A stretch of 64,000 bases of DNA from Candidatus Amphrikana amoebophyrae (GTDB lineage: Bacteria > Chlamydiota > Chlamydiia > Chlamydiales > JACRBE01): assembly GCA_030408475.1 (NCBI GenBank), contig JAUHQG010000027.1:3024-67023 (forward strand), read 5' to 3'. The notes beneath the pieces were generated by a model. The model worked only from the letters and a program-made list of their open reading frames with translations, made no database searches and had not been told where the DNA came from. Within the stretch, counting starts at the first letter, position 1. Every line of letters begins with the position of its first letter. Of this stretch, positions 46,554 to 55,877 are shown one piece after another. The position numbers and the translations under genes are program-made.

Positions 46554-47814
46554 ATACAGTTTTAAAATTAGAGCCATATTACCTTTAGTATTTGCTCTTT
46601 TTATAGATAATTTAAGTTTTGGAAGTGTTTATCCTTTAGTGACTGGAATATTTCAAAATCACCCCGAACTTTTTTTTGATGCATCAGTAGATAGGCAAAC
46701 TATAGATGCGATGATGGGAATAGCTTATTTGTTATTTCCTCTTGGCATGTTTTTTGGGGCTTCTCTTTTAGGAGATATTTCAGATCATATTGGAAGAAAA
46801 AGAACACTTGTTATTTGTATGATTGGAGTGGGATTTGGTTTTCTCATTATGACAATTGGTACTTTAATAGGAGCACTTATTTTATTTTTAATAGGTAGAT
46901 TGATTACAGGATTGATGGCAGGGGCGCAGCCAATAGCTCAAGCATCAATTGTTGATATGAGTGATAAAAAAAACAAAGCATTAAATATGAGCTTTATCAC
47001 TTTTGCCGTTATTATGGGAGTAGCAATTGGTCCTGTTGTGGGTGGTTTTTTTGCTGATCAATATTTATTTCACGAGTTTGGTTACTATTTGCCACTTCTT
47101 GTGATTGGGTTACTTGCTTTTTTAGCAGCGCTTTGGATTGGAGTGAGTTTTAAAGAACCTGAAGGATTTCATAGAGTCAAACGGCGAATTAACTGGGCTA
47201 GGCCCATTACAGTGTTTGTTGAGGCTATGACTCACAAATGGATTCGAACTTTATCTATCACTTTTTTTGTTTTTCAAGTGGGCTTTAGTATTTATTTTCA
47301 ATTTATGTTAGTCAAGTTGCAAAAAGAGTTTGCTTTTACCGTATTTTATATGGGACTTTTTACCGGATTTTTAGGACTATCTTTTATGATTGCGCTTACT
47401 CTTATTATGAAGAGGGTAGTACATCTATGCCGAGTTGAGTATTTAACAGTCATCACTTTAATAGGTAATGGGGTAGCGATATTTATTTCTGGTTACATGC
47501 ACTCAATTTTATCTATTTGGATTTTTGCCTTTTTTGTGGGTGTATTTGATATTTTAGCCTACACCACAATTTTAACAGCATTTTCAAACGCTACGAACCA
47601 AAGTTCTCAAGGATGGGCACTTGGTATTGCAACATCATCTATGGCTTTAGCTTGGTTAGTTTCTGCTCTGTTTGCTAATTTAATTCCCGTTTTAGGAATA
47701 GATAATTTGATTGCTTTAGGCGGCATACTTGTCATTTTAAGCCTTTTTATAATGTATGGATATTGTCGAGCCAAAAACTTAACTTGGAGAGAGAATAGTG
47801 AAAAAGAAGTTTAG
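46543..47814 (+). CDS. MFS transporter, 12-TM (DHA1/TetA-like), paralogue 1
   Basis: MFS motif A GDISDHIGRKRTL, about 12 TM segments, alignable along its length with the next gene. Confidence 0.8.
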   Translation: MATKYSFKIRAILPLVFALFIDNLSFGSVYPLVTGIFQNHPELFFDASVDRQTIDAMMGIAYLLFPLGMFFGASLLGDISDHIGRKRTLVICMIGVGFGFLIMTIGTLIGALILFLIGRLITGLMAGAQPIAQASIVDMSDKKNKALNMSFITFAVIMGVAIGPVVGGFFADQYLFHEFGYYLPLLVIGLLAFLAALWIGVSFKEPEGFHRVKRRINWARPITVFVEAMTHKWIRTLSITFFVFQVGFSIYFQFMLVKLQKEFAFTVFYMGLFTGFLGLSFMIALTLIMKRVVHLCRVEYLTVITLIGNGVAIFISGYMHSILSIWIFAFFVGVFDILAYTTILTAFSNATNQSSQGWALGIATSSMALAWLVSALFANLIPVLGIDNLIALGGILVILSLFIMYGYCRAKNLTWRENSEKEV

Positions 47815-49036
47815 TCTATTTGCCTTATTGCCACTAATATTAGCGCTCATGATTGATAATATGAGTTTTGGCGCAATTTTCCCTTTGGTAACTAGCATAT
47901 TTCAAGAGTATCCTCAAATATTTTTTGGGAAGGCGACATCAATTGAAACCATTGATTGGTACATGAGCATGGCCTATTTTATTATGCCTCTTGGTATGTT
48001 TTTTGGAGCCTCTTTTTTGGGAGATCTCTCTGATGTTTTGGGAAGAAGGGTAACAATGATTGCGGCAATGGCTGGAATTGGTTTGGGTTATCTATTTATG
48101 GTATTATCCATATATACAGCTTCAATCTGGCTCTTTTTATTTGGAAGACTTGTAACGGGCCTATTTGCTGGATCACAAGGAATTGGGCAAGCAGCGATTG
48201 TAGATATGAGCACACCAAAGACTAAGGCAATGGCTATGAGCTTTTTGACCTTTGCGATTTGTATTGGATTTACTTTAGGTCCTATTATCGTCTCTATTTT
48301 TACAAGTATTACTCAAATGATGCGTCTTAGATTTGAGCTGCCCCTGTTTGTAATTGGAGTGGGATCACTATGCTCTTGTTTTTGGCTATACCAATCGTTT
48401 GCAGAGTCAGGTAAAATTAATAAAAAGCATAAAGTTTCCATTTTGAGACCTCTTCATTTACTTTGGGAGGTGGGTTTTCATGAAAATTTACGTATTATAA
48501 CTCCTGCTATGTTTTTTTTCCAAATGGGGATAGCACTATTTTTCCAAACGATCATGATAAAGATGCAAGTGGAGTTTCATTATGATGTCATGGATCTTGG
48601 ATTGTTGATGGCTTTTTATGGTGTTGTTTTAATGTTTACACTCACTGTACTAGCTAAGATATTCATTTCGCGTTGGAAAATTGAATGGTTTACTATGTAT
48701 AATTTAATTATCAATGGGGTAGTGGTTATACTTTCAGCTTGGGTTACAAGTGAATTTTTTATGTGGGTATTAATTGCATTTGTATCAGCATCAAATGCAT
48801 TTGCTTATACGGGAGCGTTAACAACATTTTCCAATGGAGTTAGTTCTAAAAGGCAAGGATGGGCAATGGGTATTTGCGTTGCAACTGCTGCTTTAGGCTT
48901 TGTCGTTGGGGGGCTTTGGATGTCACTTTTACAAGTATTAGGGACAGATTGGTTAATTACTATTTCAGGACTATCGACACTACTAGGAGCCTTCATTCTC
49001 TATACATATATTAATCGTAGTGAAAAACTAGCCTAA
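47798..49036 (+). CDS. MFS transporter, 12-TM (DHA1/TetA-like), paralogue 2
   Basis: GTG start overlapping the previous gene by 17 nt, motif A GDLSDVLGRRVTM, and the same N-terminal pattern (LPLxxALxIDNxSFGxxxPLVT). Confidence 0.8.
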   Translation: MKKKFSLFALLPLILALMIDNMSFGAIFPLVTSIFQEYPQIFFGKATSIETIDWYMSMAYFIMPLGMFFGASFLGDLSDVLGRRVTMIAAMAGIGLGYLFMVLSIYTASIWLFLFGRLVTGLFAGSQGIGQAAIVDMSTPKTKAMAMSFLTFAICIGFTLGPIIVSIFTSITQMMRLRFELPLFVIGVGSLCSCFWLYQSFAESGKINKKHKVSILRPLHLLWEVGFHENLRIITPAMFFFQMGIALFFQTIMIKMQVEFHYDVMDLGLLMAFYGVVLMFTLTVLAKIFISRWKIEWFTMYNLIINGVVVILSAWVTSEFFMWVLIAFVSASNAFAYTGALTTFSNGVSSKRQGWAMGICVATAALGFVVGGLWMSLLQVLGTDWLITISGLSTLLGAFILYTYINRSEKLA

Positions 49037-51169
49037 TTAGAGATCTGAGAAGAGAGTAAACCCTCGCGGTCTAATGGGGCCGCTATTTCCAATGGGAAGA
49101 TTTCCGGTGAAAAACTTTTGATAAACTTCAAATCCTTCTTTAGCATTTTTTACCACTATAAAGCAATTTGAGACCCACTCTGACCCCTTTATCGTTCCAT
49201 TTTTAACATTGAGTTGAAATCTAGATGTGATTTTATCTCTCCAATAGGCTTCATCTCCAAAGAGTAAAATAGGATTCAAAAGGCATGATCCCACTTTTCT
49301 TCTCACCTCTTCAAGAGCGAGTTCAAAATCTGTACCAATTCCACCAATGACAAAGATAGGTAAGTCTAAGTGAAACTCAGCTTGTCTTTCTACTAATTTG
49401 TCTAAGCTATATGTCATTTTTGCTTGAATATATGGGTTTTCATGTTGCTCATGTAAAACCCCCGTTTGCGATGAGACAGAGAAGTCGACAATGTTAGCGC
49501 AAGATAGGATGTCAAGCTCAGTCGCCACTTGGTTTCCAATGCTCATAGCGCCAGGTCCGCCTCCTGTAACAAGAGCTAAGGGAGTGTGCTCATTCATAAT
49601 AGGGTGATTAAAGCTCTTTTTCTTATTTTTTAGCATTCGTAAAAGCTTTGTGAGCTCGTCTTTGAAATCTCCTTCAAGTAAGTTAGAACCGTAAACTCCA
49701 ATCATAGTGGCATTAATAAAGTCATGAGTCTTTTTCATAGGAACAAACATGCCCGAATCTTTATTGGGCTTGTGGGTATATTGTAAAAGTAAATTAGTTG
49801 AGGAGTCTGCCCAATATACTGGAATACAGTGTTTGGTCAAATCAGCTAAAAGGGCGCGATCTTCATGAGAGAAATAGTCCCCATTATCATAGGATGGATG
49901 TTGGAAGTAAATTCCTTTTAAATTTCGTTGAACCGGTTCTGAAATCAAATACCGTTTTAGAAGAGGGGTCGGGAAATATTTCGAGAGCATGACTCCTTGA
50001 GAGGTGATTTCACCATCTTGGAGCGCTTTTAAAAAAGGGTATGAAGATTGACTCTCTACATAACGGTTAATTAAAGCGGCTCTTCTTGAAGAGAATATGT
50101 CATCTGGAAATTCTTCTTTTTGAACTTTAGCCTTAACCCAATCTTGGGTCTTTAAGTTGATAAGCTGATTGCTTTTGACAATAAATAGCGAACACCTCAA
50201 ATCTCGATCTTTTGGCATTGTTTTGAACGCGTTAAATATGTAAGAAGGATTGTCTAAACAAGCGGTAAGCTGGTCTCTATCTGAAAAAAAGACATGCTCT
50301 TTATAGGGTTCAAGTGTGTAAAATTCAAGAGGTATATCTACTAGCGCTTTTTCACTATTACCAAATAGCTCGTAGATGTCGCCTGAAGCTTTGGTGTCTG
50401 GTTGTAATACTGAGGCTGATGTGTGTTTGAATCCGGACGGGAGTAGCTCATTGACAACTTTGGCATATGCGGTACAAATATGAAGAGGGGCTGTTTTAAC
50501 AAGTAAGATTTCATTTGCTTTTAGCTCTCTTTTTTCATCCTCTTTCCATTCTTGATGTAATGAAATAAGTTCTCTTAAACTAAAGTTAGGATTTTTTAGA
50601 GCTAAAGAAAGAGTGGGAATGAGAGCTTCCATATTACTGTTATATTCAACGATTCCCGCTTCTAAAGGTAAAAATGCGACTATACGGTCGTCAACTTTAT
50701 CTAAAACTAGGTGGTCATAGCCAGGAGTGGCTCCAAATGAGAGGAGGGGGTTCCCTTTGCAATCTGTCCGTCCAAACATGCGCGTTAAATAAGGTTCGTT
50801 TCTTACACGCCTATCTTTTGCTGCAGCAAAGAGTTTGCCGATGTAAGCACCTATTTCCAAATATTTTAACATCTTCTTAGCCAGTTTTCCGTAGGCCGTT
50901 ATTTCTATGTGAACTTCAACTTTGCTAAGTCGCTTATGAAATATGATGGTTTTTGTTTCACTATGTAGACCTAATTGAGCTAATGCGCTCTTAAGATTGA
51001 ACATAATATCTTCTTTGTCTATTGCTAATCCAACAAAGTGGCTGCCTAATTGTTCAATTTCCACTTCAACTAATGCGCGTATGGGAGATTCTTTTTTTAT
51101 GACAACAATTTTACCATCTTGAGTGACTAGATCATTGTGTAAAGAGAAATTGGGTCTTTCATGAGACAT
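49037..51169 (-). CDS. LOG/PpnN-like (TIGR00730-type) nucleotide-binding domain protein with a ~450-aa N-terminal region of unknown function
   Basis: The C-terminal third carries LALVTGGGPGAMSIGN (GGGxGxM box) and PIFVIGGIGTDFELALEE (PGGxGTxxE-like box). The N-terminal two thirds are unrecognised. Confidence 0.65.
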   Translation of the reverse strand: MSHERPNFSLHNDLVTQDGKIVVIKKESPIRALVEVEIEQLGSHFVGLAIDKEDIMFNLKSALAQLGLHSETKTIIFHKRLSKVEVHIEITAYGKLAKKMLKYLEIGAYIGKLFAAAKDRRVRNEPYLTRMFGRTDCKGNPLLSFGATPGYDHLVLDKVDDRIVAFLPLEAGIVEYNSNMEALIPTLSLALKNPNFSLRELISLHQEWKEDEKRELKANEILLVKTAPLHICTAYAKVVNELLPSGFKHTSASVLQPDTKASGDIYELFGNSEKALVDIPLEFYTLEPYKEHVFFSDRDQLTACLDNPSYIFNAFKTMPKDRDLRCSLFIVKSNQLINLKTQDWVKAKVQKEEFPDDIFSSRRAALINRYVESQSSYPFLKALQDGEITSQGVMLSKYFPTPLLKRYLISEPVQRNLKGIYFQHPSYDNGDYFSHEDRALLADLTKHCIPVYWADSSTNLLLQYTHKPNKDSGMFVPMKKTHDFINATMIGVYGSNLLEGDFKDELTKLLRMLKNKKKSFNHPIMNEHTPLALVTGGGPGAMSIGNQVATELDILSCANIVDFSVSSQTGVLHEQHENPYIQAKMTYSLDKLVERQAEFHLDLPIFVIGGIGTDFELALEEVRRKVGSCLLNPILLFGDEAYWRDKITSRFQLNVKNGTIKGSEWVSNCFIVVKNAKEGFEVYQKFFTGNLPIGNSGPIRPRGFTLFSDL

Positions 51170-51657
51170 TATTCACCTGGGCTGAAAGTTTTTGCAAAAC
51201 CTTGTTTATGGGTGCGTTGAAAAGTCATCATTCTGATTTTCTAAACACCTCTTTAATATAGATGAAATTGAAATGTTTCGGCAAGTTCTTTAGATTGTTT
51301 CGTATTAGTTTCGTATTAAATTAGAATTGAATGTAATTTCACCCGAAATTGTTGTGGGAGTTTTGACGAGAAAGTGTGCAAAAAGTTCACAAGTGGCACA
51401 GAATAAGAGGGGTAAAGTGTTGATAAATTCATTTTAACATGTTCTTAAAATTAGACGTAATTTGTTGTTGCTTAGTGGTTTAAAAATATAGGTGAATTTG
51501 AAATGGATTGTCTTTCTCTAATTATTAATAGAGGGTAAAGATTTGTTCAAAAGTATTGAGGAAAACGGTTAAGTAGAATAAGAATAGACTCTCTGCTTGA
51601 GAATAATTTGCGCCTTATTTAACATACGTTCTTTACGTAAAAGATCAATTAGTAGTT

Positions 51658-52530
51658 ATGACAGACATTATTTTATTTCGAAGCTTTGGCACGCACAATG
51701 GTACATTTCATGCAGATGAAGTGACAGCATGTGCTCTTTTAATAATTTTTGATTTAATCGATCGCGACAAGATTGTAAGATCGCGCAACGATGAGGAATT
51801 AAGCCATCTTGAGTATGTGTGTGATGTAGGAGGTATTTATAATCCTGCCATTAAAAGGTTTGATCACCATCAAAAAGAGTATCAAGGGGAACTAAGTTCT
51901 GCGGGTATGATTTTACAATACTTAAGAGATGAACAAATTATTGATGAAGGGATTTTTCAATACTTGCGCCTTGGTTTAGTTAAGGGAATTGATGAAATAG
52001 ACAACGGATTGGTTGATCCAGTCGAAGGGCATGCCACATTTTCTTCTGTGATCGCTAATTTTATTCCTATCTCTTATAATGCAACTACTGAAGAGATGTT
52101 CATAGCATTTGAAAGGGCTCTTGATTTTGTAATCAATTATATTCGGCATAAATTAGAGAAGTATGCATATGTTCAAGAGTGCAAAGGGGCTGTAAAAGAA
52201 GAAATGGATAAGCAAGATCGCTGTTTATATTTTCAACATTCAATGCCCTGGTTAGAGCCTTTTTTTGAAATGGGGGGGGATGATCACCCTGCTCAATTTG
52301 TTTTAATGCCAACTGGGCAACATTGGAAACTTAGAGCCATTCCACCTTCATATAAAGATAGAATGCGGACAAGAAAGCCATTGCCAAAGAAATGGGCAGG
52401 TCTTTTAGAAAATGATTTAAAGAAAGCTTCAAATATTGAAGGGGCTATTTTTTGCCATAAAGGGCGATTTATTTCTATTTGGGAAACCAAAGAAGATGCA
52501 CTTGCAGCATTAAAGGAGGCTCTTAAATGA
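51658..52530 (+). CDS. MYG1-family (UPF0160) metal-dependent hydrolase / exonuclease-like protein
   Basis: GTHNGTFHADEVTACALL and RFDHHQ signatures of the MYG1 family, 290 aa. Confidence 0.8.
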   Translation: MTDIILFRSFGTHNGTFHADEVTACALLIIFDLIDRDKIVRSRNDEELSHLEYVCDVGGIYNPAIKRFDHHQKEYQGELSSAGMILQYLRDEQIIDEGIFQYLRLGLVKGIDEIDNGLVDPVEGHATFSSVIANFIPISYNATTEEMFIAFERALDFVINYIRHKLEKYAYVQECKGAVKEEMDKQDRCLYFQHSMPWLEPFFEMGGDDHPAQFVLMPTGQHWKLRAIPPSYKDRMRTRKPLPKKWAGLLENDLKKASNIEGAIFCHKGRFISIWETKEDALAALKEALK

Positions 52531-52862
52531 GTACAATTTTTGGCAAAATAATCAGAAAAGAAATGCCCGCACAGATTGTGTATGAAGACGATTTAGTTAT
52601 GGCTATTAAAGATTTATATCCAGTAGCTCCTGTTCATATTTTGATCTTACCTAAAAAAGAGATGAAAAATCTTCAAGCAATGGCAAAAGAGGACTTGAGT
52701 CTGATGAGTCATATTGTTGATGTTGCTCAAAAATTAGCTAAAGAATATAAAATTGAAGACAATTATCGTTTTTTGACCAATAATGGGGAAAAGGCAGGTC
52801 AATCAGTATGGCATCTTCATTTTCATCTAGTTGGTGGAAAAGAATTGGGCTCTATAGCTTAG
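52527..52862 (+). CDS. HIT-family (HinT-like) nucleotide hydrolase
   Basis: IFGKIIRKEMPAQIVYEDD N-terminus and the histidine triad HLHFHLVGG. Its start overlaps the MYG1 stop (ATGA). Confidence 0.9.
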   Translation: MSTIFGKIIRKEMPAQIVYEDDLVMAIKDLYPVAPVHILILPKKEMKNLQAMAKEDLSLMSHIVDVAQKLAKEYKIEDNYRFLTNNGEKAGQSVWHLHFHLVGGKELGSIA

Positions 52863-54568
52863 TTTTTCTCTCACCCATTTTATTGGCTGCATCGGAAGAT
52901 TCTGATATTGCTACAATTTCTATGTTTTATAAACTTGGCGATTATAATAGCGCTAAAAATGTTTGTCAAAAAGCTTTGCGTCATCATCCGGATTCTAAGA
53001 AACTTAACGAACTCTCTTTTCGCATATTGGCTGAAAGCGGTTATATCAAAGAAGCTCTTTCATTAATTAAAGAATTTCCTTGTTATGATAAGATCAATAA
53101 TTTCAATGATCTCTCTTTGATAGAAACACTAGCTTGGGGAGTATTGACAAATGTGTCGCAAAGTTCAGAAAACATGCAAGTGATGTCGATGATTGGCGCT
53201 TTTTTCACGCGCGATGCAAGAGCGGTTAATCTTATTTTAGAGCATATGACTTCACGAAATGCCTTATTAAGGGCTCATGCTGTTAGAGCTTCTGTCATGT
53301 ATCGCGATGATGTTTTAAAAGATCATCTTAAAAAGATGCTGTTTAAAGAGAAAAACTATTTTGTAAAATTAGAAGTATTAAGAGCTGTTGGGGCACTAAA
53401 AATTAAGAGCTGCGCTTCGGTTTTAAAAGAAAAGATTGCGTCTGATCAAGCAACTGATGAAGAGAAATATCACGCTATTGGTGCTCTTATTCAAATGTAT
53501 GAAGATTTAGAGTTAGATGAATTTAATGAAATGATTGCAAGTCCAAGAGCTGGTTTAAGAAGGGCTGCATGTGATATTGTTGCCCATTTAGAGCAAAAAG
53601 AGAGGATTGGAGCCATTTTTTTGATGCTTGAAGATTCTTCTCATGAAGTGAAAATTTCAGCTTTGAATGCAATAGCCATATTAGGAAATAAAGGGGTTAG
53701 CCAAGCAAAGTTAAAAGAGCGTATCTCTTTATTCATTAATGATACGAATGCCGCTTTATCGCTTACTGCGGAGTGGGTAAATATAAGACTGGGATTAGGG
53801 TGTAAAGAGTCTCATATAATGGAGTTTCTCTATGATAAGAATCAAAGGCTTCGACTGTTTGCCGCTTCAGTTCTCACGTTGTGTGGAGACAGTGTGGAAT
53901 CGGTTCTGCTTCACCACAGTCGAAAACATTTTGATCCTTTCGTTAGGCTTCAACTCTCTTCTGGCTTAATTAATATGGGGCATAACCGCTCTATTTATTT
54001 AAACGAGATCGACGATCTTTTGTCTAATACAAATGTAAAATTAATGCATGCGAAACATGTAAATCCTATTTTTTCTTCAATAGCACCAAGCGAAGTGCGT
54101 CATATGGCGATCGTTCCACAGTATCCAGAAATGGTAGATCAGTTGGTTAGGCTTGATCTGATTAATACGCTTACTATTTTCAATTATGCTGGTGCTAAAA
54201 GCATGCTTAAAGAGATGCTTAAAGCTCACTCATTAAATGTGATTGGCAATACAGCTTCACTGTTGCTTGAACAAGGAGAATTGGAGTCAGTAGAATTAAT
54301 TCGAGATTTACTCAATGATGAAGATGGAGCTGTTGCTACTCAAGCGGCTTTAGTTTTAGCTTTTTTAGGAAAGGATCCCAGTGTTGTTCCTACTTTAAAA
54401 AGGGCTTATGCTACAGCTGACTGGGAATTAAAGATTCAAATTTTGGAAGCTATGGGGAGAATTGGGGAGCATGAGGCGATTCCTTTTTTGATTGAAAGAA
54501 TAGAAGAACCTTTTCAATTGCTAAAAATTGTGGCTGCTTCTTCTTTAATCCAGTGTCTCTATCATTAA
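52808..54568 (+). CDS. Exported HEAT/TPR-like helical-repeat protein
   Basis: 586-aa ORF. The N-terminus looks like a signal peptide (WWKRIGLYSLVFLSPILLAAS). It carries repeated HEAT-like units (LRAHAVRA, VKLEVLRAVGAL, LRRAACDIVAHL, VKISALNAIA, LRLFAASVL, VATQAALVLA, LKIQILEAMG). The start is uncertain because it overlaps the hit gene by 55 nt. Confidence 0.6.
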   Translation: MASSFSSSWWKRIGLYSLVFLSPILLAASEDSDIATISMFYKLGDYNSAKNVCQKALRHHPDSKKLNELSFRILAESGYIKEALSLIKEFPCYDKINNFNDLSLIETLAWGVLTNVSQSSENMQVMSMIGAFFTRDARAVNLILEHMTSRNALLRAHAVRASVMYRDDVLKDHLKKMLFKEKNYFVKLEVLRAVGALKIKSCASVLKEKIASDQATDEEKYHAIGALIQMYEDLELDEFNEMIASPRAGLRRAACDIVAHLEQKERIGAIFLMLEDSSHEVKISALNAIAILGNKGVSQAKLKERISLFINDTNAALSLTAEWVNIRLGLGCKESHIMEFLYDKNQRLRLFAASVLTLCGDSVESVLLHHSRKHFDPFVRLQLSSGLINMGHNRSIYLNEIDDLLSNTNVKLMHAKHVNPIFSSIAPSEVRHMAIVPQYPEMVDQLVRLDLINTLTIFNYAGAKSMLKEMLKAHSLNVIGNTASLLLEQGELESVELIRDLLNDEDGAVATQAALVLAFLGKDPSVVPTLKRAYATADWELKIQILEAMGRIGEHEAIPFLIERIEEPFQLLKIVAASSLIQCLYH

Positions 54569-54586
54569 TTCTTTACCTAGGTTTTT

Positions 54587-55771
54587 ATGATTAGCGAAAA
54601 ACAATTACATCAAGTAAAAGAATTTCTGAAAGAGCAAGATTTTGATGGGTGGCTAATTTATGATTTTAAACGATCAAACGATATAGCGCATAGTGCTCTT
54701 AAAATTCCATTGACTGAGCATATTACGCGCCCTTTTTACTATTGGATTCCAAAACAAGGAGATCCTAAGCTCCTTTTAAACACCATTGAAAAAGCGGTTT
54801 TATCAGATTTACCTGGCGAGCGCATATTATATATGAGTTATGAGCAAAGGCTTCAAAAAGTAAAAAATATGTTATCGGGTTCAAAACGCATTTTAATGGA
54901 AATTTCAGAAAATAACCGCATTCCATATCTATCTAAAGTGTGTTTTGGGGTTGTTGACCAAATTCGTTCGTATAATATAGAAGTAGCTAGCTCAGGTAAT
55001 ATGTTGCAGCTTTTATTAAATAGGTGGGATGAAGTTGATTATGCCTCGCATACTAGAGCTGCTGAAATTTTGAAATTTACTTATGAAGATGCCTTTGACT
55101 TAATTCGTAAAAAATTAGATAAGAATGAATCCGTTTATGAGGGTGATGTTCAAAAATTTATAGCGGGTCAGTTGACCAAACATGGTCTTGTCTATGATGG
55201 ATTACCTTCTGTTGCAGTTAATGCAAATGCGGCAAATCCTCATTACCATATCGGCACGAAAGGGGAGAAGATTACTTGTGATCAGCTTGTTTTAATTGAT
55301 CTTTGGGGAAGAGAGAACAAAGAGAGAGGAAAGTATGCTGATATTACTGTGATGGCCTTTACAGGAGACAAGGCTCCTGAAAAAATGGTGCAAGTTCTTC
55401 AAATAGTTCGTGCAGCCCAAAAGAAGGGCTTTGAATTAATCGAGCAGCGATATGCAAAGAAAGAAGGGGTTACGGGTGCTGAAGTGGATCATATTTGTAG
55501 AAGAGAAATTACCGATCATGGTTTTGGCGATTTTTTTATTCACAGAACAGGGCATAATATCGATGTAGAGCTTCATGGGGCAGGGGCTCATCTTGATAGC
55601 TTGGAAACTATTGATGACAGATTGTTAGTGCCGTCTACTTGTTTTTCGATAGAACCAGGTATATATTTACCGGGAGAATTTGGTGTGAGGCTTGAATCAG
55701 ATGTCTTTATCCATGAAAATGGTAAAGTGGAAATGACTACAGACACACAAGAAGACTTCTACTATATATAA
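54587..55771 (+). CDS. M24-family Xaa-Pro aminopeptidase/dipeptidase
   Basis: Metal-ligand boxes VLIDLWG, HRTGHNIDVELHG, SIEPGIY and GVRLESDV. Confidence 0.85.
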   Translation: MISEKQLHQVKEFLKEQDFDGWLIYDFKRSNDIAHSALKIPLTEHITRPFYYWIPKQGDPKLLLNTIEKAVLSDLPGERILYMSYEQRLQKVKNMLSGSKRILMEISENNRIPYLSKVCFGVVDQIRSYNIEVASSGNMLQLLLNRWDEVDYASHTRAAEILKFTYEDAFDLIRKKLDKNESVYEGDVQKFIAGQLTKHGLVYDGLPSVAVNANAANPHYHIGTKGEKITCDQLVLIDLWGRENKERGKYADITVMAFTGDKAPEKMVQVLQIVRAAQKKGFELIEQRYAKKEGVTGAEVDHICRREITDHGFGDFFIHRTGHNIDVELHGAGAHLDSLETIDDRLLVPSTCFSIEPGIYLPGEFGVRLESDVFIHENGKVEMTTDTQEDFYYI

Positions 55772-55773
55772 TG

Positions 55774-55794
55774 AGAAATAGTTGATTTCTTTTT
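55774..55794 (+). terminator. Weak hairpin plus T-run after the M24 peptidase gene
   Basis: AGAAAT-agttg-ATTTCT followed by TTTTG, 3 nt after the stop codon. The stem is short and AT-rich. Confidence 0.3.
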
Positions 55795-55877
55795 GTAGGG
55801 AGAGTATGAAGTGTGATTTTTTCTATCTCTAAATAGATTTATGTAGTATATTAAGTTCCAATATACGGATTTACGCT

